Source of the DNA: Chlorokybus atmophyticus
Taxonomy: Eukaryota > Plantae > Mesostigma and Chlorokybus algae
Length of the DNA: 64,000 bases
Assembly (NCBI GenBank): GCA_009103225.1
Contig: RHPI01003330.1
Coordinates: forward strand, 70,472-134,471
Reading direction: 5' to 3'
Positions 57,430 to 64,000 of the stretch are shown piece by piece. A program made the position numbers and the translations under genes. Every line of letters begins with the position of its first letter. Position 1 is the stretch's first letter. The notes below the pieces were generated by a model. That model worked only from the letters and a program-made list of their open reading frames with translations, did not search any database and was not told where the DNA came from.

Positions 57430-59100
57430 CTAATTGGGCGAGGCTGATGCCGTGTCAGAGGACTGTGCAGAGGTATCCAGAGAGGGAGTTGCGGCGGGGC
57501 GATGTGGTTGCAGGGCAGCAACAGCGTACTCTTCAAACCGTGCAAGGTCACTCTTCAACGTGGCCTGCACAAGACTGCTCAGAGCATCCCCGCCCATAGC
57601 TTGTGCGAGGCGCCAGGGGAGCGTGTGAGAAATGGAGAGCTCGACTGAGGTGTGGCGCCCGCCTGACAAGTCTTGAAACCGCACGGATCCATTATTGCGC
57701 AAACCATCTACAGTCGACCAACGCAGCACCCGCTGGCCCCCTCCCGCCTCGACCGTCTCAATGCGCGCCACCCACATTACCTCAAAGCCCTTGGAGCTGC
57801 AGACCCAACGCGACAGAGTGTGCGGGGCAAGAGCTGAAGACGCGGAATCCGTGCTAGAGGAAGATGTAGAGGGAGTGGCCGTGCCGCATGAGTTGTTTGT
57901 TTGTTCGGCTGTGCCATTGCTCACATTCTGGTTGTAGCGCACGGCAACCGGGTCAGAGGAGTCTAACACCTCCACGCGATCAATCCATCGCATCCACTGC
58001 GGGATGCGCGGGAGATCAGCCCATAGGCGCCACAGGTGCTCCATTGGCGCGGCGATGTCGGCACGCACAGTGTGTGTGAAGAGCATCGTGCGCGGCTCCT
58101 CCTGCGAGTCTGCTGAGCCAACGGCTGCTGCAGCTTGCTTGTCGCCCGCAGCCTCCGCCATTGCTGCAATCTGGTGCACAGGCGACCATTGCTGCATTGC
58201 TGCAACATCACCGAAGCAACAGGTCAGTCATGCTTGAACGCTGGCGTAATGTGGAAAATGTTCTGATTAAGCGCGTGGTTTCAGGCAAGAGAGAGCAACA
58301 GAAGCAAAAGCGACCCGTTGCAGCTGCCATAACATGAACAGCGCTAAACACGGCATGACAGCTTGCAGATGTACACAGTGCGGCACATACCAGGCTTGGA
58401 GGTAGCACGGGGAGGACGTCGGGGGAGAGACAGCGCCGGCATGGGGGGGACGGGAAACCGCGGCGGAGGTGGATGGGCTGCGGCCAGCGCGTGTTGCTGC
58501 TGCTGCTGGTGCAGCCATGGCGAAAAATGTGGTGCAAATGTGCAACGGGAGGAGGGAGAGGAAGCAACTTGGGGCGCAGATGATGTAGCCTGCGGGCAGC
58601 ATTTTGGTATGAGTGCTTGCAACCAAGGTCAACAAAACCCGCTTGTGCGGGGATGCTAACACCTTGCTGGCATTCGGCATGCAGCTAAGTGCATGCAGTG
58701 AGCAGACAGGCTGCAGCTGTCGCCAGGCTGTGCGCATGTATAATACAGCTGCACGTTTGACAAGCAAGGAGAAACCAGCAACTATCTATGATAGAAACAG
58801 CAACGCCACAAACGTTGCGAGAACAAGAGTCTGCAAGGAGACAGCTTACGCCGCCAACCCTGAACAGACAGCAAGCACATGACCTTGCATACTTGCAACA
58901 TGACTAGCAGCTGTGAGGCAAGTTGATCAGCAAGCCTTATTTCTCCAGATTGTGTGAATGCTGGGTAGGGCATGACTGACCGTCTGTGCAAGTGTAGGAG
59001 GGGTGAGCGTGGTTGTGGTGGAAGCAGTAGGGCGGGGCGGCGAGCGTGTCGAAACTGCCGCCGCCCCGCATAGCCCTCCTGGCGCCGTCACCGTTGCCAT
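57430..59100 (-). CDS. Polyketide cyclase/dehydrase-like (SRPBCC/START) protein, probably plastid-targeted, 3 exons
   Basis: Ala/Ser/Thr-rich transit-like exon 59100-58981, Pro-rich exon 2, and a last exon with IAAPMEHLWRLWADLPRIPQWMRWIDRVEVL and LRWSTVDGLRNNGSVRF. Confidence 0.85.
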
Positions 59101-60521
59101 TGTGGAAATGACGGCCTGTCACCGCAGCATGCGGTAGGCTCGGACTAGCCTAATCTAATCTAGCTCAGCACCACCGGCAACACAACCAGCACAACCAGCT
59201 CAACCCGGCGACGATCTTCACCCGAGCCGACAAGACTCCACGCCGCCGCCGCCGCCGCCTGTGCAAGCGACCCGCCACTACAACCCCATGGTCTCAGCCA
59301 AGCGCCTGCACCAGCCTGGCTCACCCTGGCCTCCCCTTGCCCTGGCCTGGACTTGTGCGGGTCGCCTGCCTTGGCCTGGCCTGGTTGCCCGCTTCCAGCC
59401 TGGCCTGGCGGGCAGTCTGCCGTCTGAGTCTCGCAGCTTGCCCCTTTCCGCAAGCAACAACGCTCGGCAAAGGCGGCAAGCGGCAGTTCAGCGCAAAGTG
59501 AACACAACACAACAGCGACTGATTCACGCTCAGATTATTGACGAAGTTTTGTCGTGAAGCGGACAAATTTACGGAGATCTGCGCCAAAGTCACAGCCAAC
59601 TCACTTTTCAACTTAGAACATCAATCTAGAAAAGGCACACACACTTTTCATGACCATGCCATCTCATGGATGGCCCATCACCGTCCTCGCAGGCTGCAAA
59701 ACTGTGTGCATCGTCAAGACAAACTCATGTCACATGAACCACCATGGTAATTGGAAAAGCTTCACGCTGTCCGTAAGACTTGGCGCGTAATGTTTCGCGC
59801 AGCTGCCTTCCATCCCCTTTTTGTTTTTGCCGCCGCTTTTGCGGGGGGGCGCTTTAAGTCACTGTTTAGGTCCTGCCAACCGTGAGAGCGATATTTCTTT
59901 GGGGCCTGCTCCTGTGTCGCGCTGTCTCTAGGCAAGGCGACGCGCTCGGCGCCGTACGAATGTTGTGACAGGGCGTTGCCGCATGCCCAAGGAAGGACGT
60001 AGTAGACGGAAAGTTAGCTAGCATGGAAGTTGTTGGGACTTAGCATTGGATCTTCCAAATAGCGTGGCACGGAATATCCGCTGGTTGGAGCTGTGGGTGC
60101 TGCGTTGTGGTCGTCGTTGCGGGCGAGGGTGGTGTTGATTGCGGTGAAGAAGGCGGCGGCGGCGGCGGTGGCAAGCACGGAGGCGAGGGCTGCTGTCATC
60201 GGGATGGTGGGTCTAAGGGCTGTGCGTGCACTGCGTCTTCGGCTTGGTTCAACGCCGAGCTCCTGTGGAAAGGTGACAACTGTTGCTTTGCTGCAGCGGC
60301 ATCTGGCCTAGGGTTGTGTGTGTGACTTGAGGGGTATGCAGCTGCGGCATGCTGTTGTCAGCGTCGTTTTGTGTCATGGGGATGGTGCTTTTACCAAGGC
60401 GTTCTGAAGCTGTCCTGACTCGACCAATTGCTGTTGCTGCGCAGTGTTTGGCATCGGTGTAAATTGAGTTGGTGGGGGTTTGTGGAGCGTCAGTTGGATT
60501 TAGAGGTTTGAAGGAGCAACA

Positions 60522-63400
60522 ATGGGCGGTTCAGTGGTTGAAGGAGCCCTCGCCAGATGCTCTCGGCAACAACAGCAGCAACAAATGTGTGGGAGGGACG
60601 ACATGGAACCGACCTCCACTGGCGCAGCTTCCTCCCCCTCTGCGCAGGCAGCAACAAGCGCCTTCGTTGATCTTGATAGTGTCCCGGACGACATCCTCTT
60701 CCGCGTGCTGCTGCACTTGAAGGCAAAGGACCTGGCGGCATGCGCCTGCGTGAGGTACAAATCCTTGACTTCGAGATGGTGTTATGAAGAGTCCACCTCG
60801 TGCATTATCTCACATGTGAAGCGTTTGCCAGTTTGGTAGTAGATTAAGCCGAGCAGTACATCTGTTTTGTTGGAACATGCATGCAGCGATGAGATTGGTG
60901 CGTGCGCGTGGGGTCACACAACGAAACACGGGTCAGAGTATACTGCCAAGTATTTGGAAATATGTAGGTAGAGGTCACCTGTCGGCGCTTGTACACTTGT
61001 GACATTGTGTCCGAACATGGCCCACCAATACTGCGTTGTAACTGCGGTGCAATTGTGTCTCACAGCCGCCGATTGCGCGATTGCTGTGTAAGTGAGCGGC
61101 GCTTGTGGAGCCCGCTCTGCCGCCAGCTGTGGGGGGTGAAGACCAACGTGGCTGCGTGGGGCGCACCCTCTTATCGGCATCTGTATCAAGTGTTGACACG
61201 GTATGGGGTGCTACCTGCTGGGTGGATATGTGGTGACAATTGAGTGCTTGGCTGAGGGCGGGGTAGCACACATGTATTTTGTGTGATGTTGATGTACTGA
61301 GACTTAACGATAACGATACGGGTTTATGAGCAACGCCGGCGACGCGAATGTTTCAATTATTGTTCGAGTGAAGTTCCTTGAGTCCCTTGTCTTGTGTGGG
61401 CCCGGCAAGTTTTGCGGCTCACGCATGCATGTGTGTGCATGTGTTGGTGGCTCCGTGGTTCGCTTTCATTAATGATGCAGGGTGGGGAGGGGGNNNNNNN
61501 NNNNNNNNNNNNNNNNNNNNNNNNNNNNNNNNNNNNNNNNNNNNNNNNNNNNNNNNNNNNNNNNNNNNNNNNNNNNNNNNNNNNNNNNNNNNNNNNNNNN
61601 NNNNNNNNNNNNNNNNNNNNNNNNNNNNNNNNNNNNNNNNNNNNNNNNNNNNNNNNNNNNNNNNNNNNNNNNNNNNNNNNNNNNNNNNNNNNNNGGGGGA
61701 GGGGGGAGGGCTCACTAACATGAAGCTTGTGCGCTGCAGGTATGCACCGCTGGTTGGTGTCTGGCGTGCTGTGGGAGACACGCCTCAGGGTGCGCTTGTG
61801 CTGGTGGAATGGAGAGAGGATCACATTGCTGCCTCCAAGCTTGCACCCTCTAGCGGGTGATCATTAGTCCATCGCACTGTCCTGACTGTCATATCCCTTT
61901 ATGCTAACTCTGACTACCAGGCATGCAATGCTCCGGGAGACATTCTTCAGCATATCCGCAACTCCAGAGCACAGCGTGACTTTTGCAGAAACTTCACATG
62001 CGCCCGAGTCCGTCTTAACACAAGGTCAGTATTTGGTGGCTGGTGTTTCACAGTCGGTGTCTACCTCGTGCGTGTTCCTGAGTGCCGTTGCAGATGCAGC
62101 GCTACTGCCTGCTCCCGTAGTATCCATAATTGATAAAAACCACTGGGTCCTGGAACATCCACAAAGGCCACCATCTCGCAGTCCAGAGCGAGCGGAAGCT
62201 GCGGTAGCTGCAGCCGGGTTGGCACATGCATGGCAGGTATGTCTGCATGCAATCAGCACTTGTCTGGCTGGATGACGGCAGTGCACACGTGTCTCATTGC
62301 TGAACGAGGTCCACCCTATGTATTGTTTGTTTCACGGGGTAATCACAGTGTCCATATGGCAGTCGTTGGAGATTGTCAGTGGTGGGCGAATGCCAGGTGT
62401 CAGTGCCAGCCCTCCTGGGAGTTTCAGTCACGAGTTCTGCAGGTACAGCTTCAAACATTTGGAGCGGTTTTGGTTTTCGTTGCTCCTGCATGGTGTGTTG
62501 GTGTCCCCACCCTGCTCAACATTGCCAGCAACTAGCACCTTGTGCTGGTCGCCGGCTTATTGACGCTAACAGGGTCAGCACTGTTATGCCTTACGATGAG
62601 CTCTGCTGACAACACGTGCTTGCTATGGTTAGCTACCTGCATCAGCAGATACAGTCATATGCACAGATTCCTGACTGAGCGAGTGGCAAGCCCGGGAGCT
62701 AGTCGCCGGCGGCGGCAAAGCCGATCTGGGCGGGAGTCCCCAGGTCCTGTTGTGCAGCACTTTGTGCGCATAGTTGTTGTGCCGCCCTCCGTGGAAGGTC
62801 CCTTGCAGGGTCTTTGGAGGGTACGTTGAGCCGCTGTGCAGTCAGTCACTCTTTATGAAGTCGCAGCAGAAAATTACTACAGCCCACCCCTTGTAGTAGC
62901 CATACATGCCAAGCTATGAGATAACATGCAGCTCATGTGACCTGGGTTGTTTGCTGATGAAAGGTGCTGTGCAGGGTGTGTATGGCAGACATGGCTTGCA
63001 AGTTGTATCGATCAAGTATAATCCAGATGGCCGCATTATATGTACAAAGGTCACCGGTGATGCCATTGTGCCTGCTGGGGAGATCAGTTGGCATGCATCG
63101 CCCTCGGCATGTGACTGTTTTGCAGATTTCGAAGATGAGGTGGTGGACTCGCAGCACATCGCGGCATACAATGGTGAAACAACAGTCGAAAGAGAAATAC
63201 GCAGCTGTCACACAGCACAGGGTCAAGTGCATGCGGCTCGCTCGGTTGCTAAAGCACAATGGACATCCGGTCGACTGTGGGAATTCAGGGATGGCGGCAT
63301 AGCTTTTGCCTTCCTGGGTGATTCTAACTTGATTGTGGAGTATCGCAAGCTGGAGCTGAACTGTGCAGAGTTTGAAGCGCCATCGCACAGCCTTCTTTGA
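60522..63400 (+). CDS. F-box protein with a DUF3506/cyclin-D1-binding-like C-terminal domain (start uncertain: 60522, 60585 or 60603)
   Basis: F-box LDSVPDDILFRVLLHLKAKDLAACACVS; RYAPLVGVW; last exon QGVYGRHGLQVVSIKY...TKVTGDAIVPAGEISW...WTSGRLW...FAFL. Confidence 0.8.
61494..61694. other. Assembly gap (N run) in an F-box gene intron, flanked by G runs
   Basis: Run of N in the sequence. Confidence 0.99.
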
Positions 63401-63749
63401 TACCAGCCTCTTTCCTTCATATTGAGTAAGACTACGAGTATGCCCTTCTGCACACGTGTTGCATCTTGTGTTTAGATCCATTACCGTTGCTCGGCACTGG
63501 ATAGAACTGCGGGACTCGAGAATGAGTATATATGCAGGCAGCAGTATAGAAAGCGGCGTTTAGTTGCCTTAAATAAGTCATAGATGTCCTAGCAGTCGTC
63601 ATGGTGTTTGAAATCTATCTTATATCTATATTCATGATTGTAGCGGGTTGGCTGCTAGAGAGGCTTACAAATCGTCTAGTACATAATAAAACAGATTGAT
63701 TGAGCTCACGACTAGGTGACTAGACAGACTATCACAAACATGACACACA

Positions 63750-63945
63750 AGAGTTGCATAAAGCAAAACTCCGTAGTACAGGCAAGTAGCATACAATTGT
63801 GCAACGAGTCTAGGAAGCAAACCAACGCACAAGATTAAGTGGGGGCCAAGACAGAGTGACAAGCTAGGTAGCAACCGCACAAATTACAAGCTCCATTAGA
63901 CCCTCAAGGCAGCAGCAACACATGAGAACGGTATGCGCATGTTAC
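63750..63945 (+). repeat. Dispersed intergenic repeat, family A copy 3
   Basis: GAGTTGCATAAAGCAAAACTC...GTGGGGGCCAAGACAGAG...TAGACCCTCAAGGCAGCAGCAA. Confidence 0.65.
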
Positions 63946-64000
63946 AATGTGGGTTGTATTGATTAACACATAGCAGACACAAAGGATGCGCTTGCTACAA

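Noticed and set aside
59160-60330. Short Ala/Gly-rich ORFs between the cyclase and F-box genes
   Set aside because: GC-rich promoter/UTR-type sequence with simple repeats; no coding evidence.

Overview
Eukaryotic nuclear DNA from an intron-rich green-lineage organism. RS2Z-type SR, MSI4/FVE-type and plant-type PIN4 genes point to a streptophyte or green alga (inference, not proven). Standard genetic code, GT-AG introns. Left arm (1-21.4 kb): an unidentified multi-pass membrane protein fragment, an AHP/HPt phosphotransfer gene, complex I 24-kDa subunit (NDUFV2), MSI4/FVE with an unusual ~400-aa acidic repeat tail, an RS2Z splicing factor and a head-to-head PIN4/Par14 parvulin. Right arm (57.4-63.4 kb): an SRPBCC cyclase/dehydrase and an F-box/DUF3506-like gene. 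Between them is a ~33-kb nested transposon island: a decayed Penelope-like element, a complete chromovirus with 5-bp TSD, two more Ty3/gypsy elements, a Ty1/copia, a piggyBac with TTAA TSD, and two copies of a ~530-bp TRIM. The TRIM shares its PPT/U3 junction with the chromovirus. The most notable candidates are this TRIM-chromovirus pair, the chromovirus's in-frame gag-UAG-pol junction followed by a methyltransferase-like segment, an inverted hairpin loop between its two LTRs, and piggyBac and Penelope elements in this lineage. All calls were made by eye; no database searches were run.
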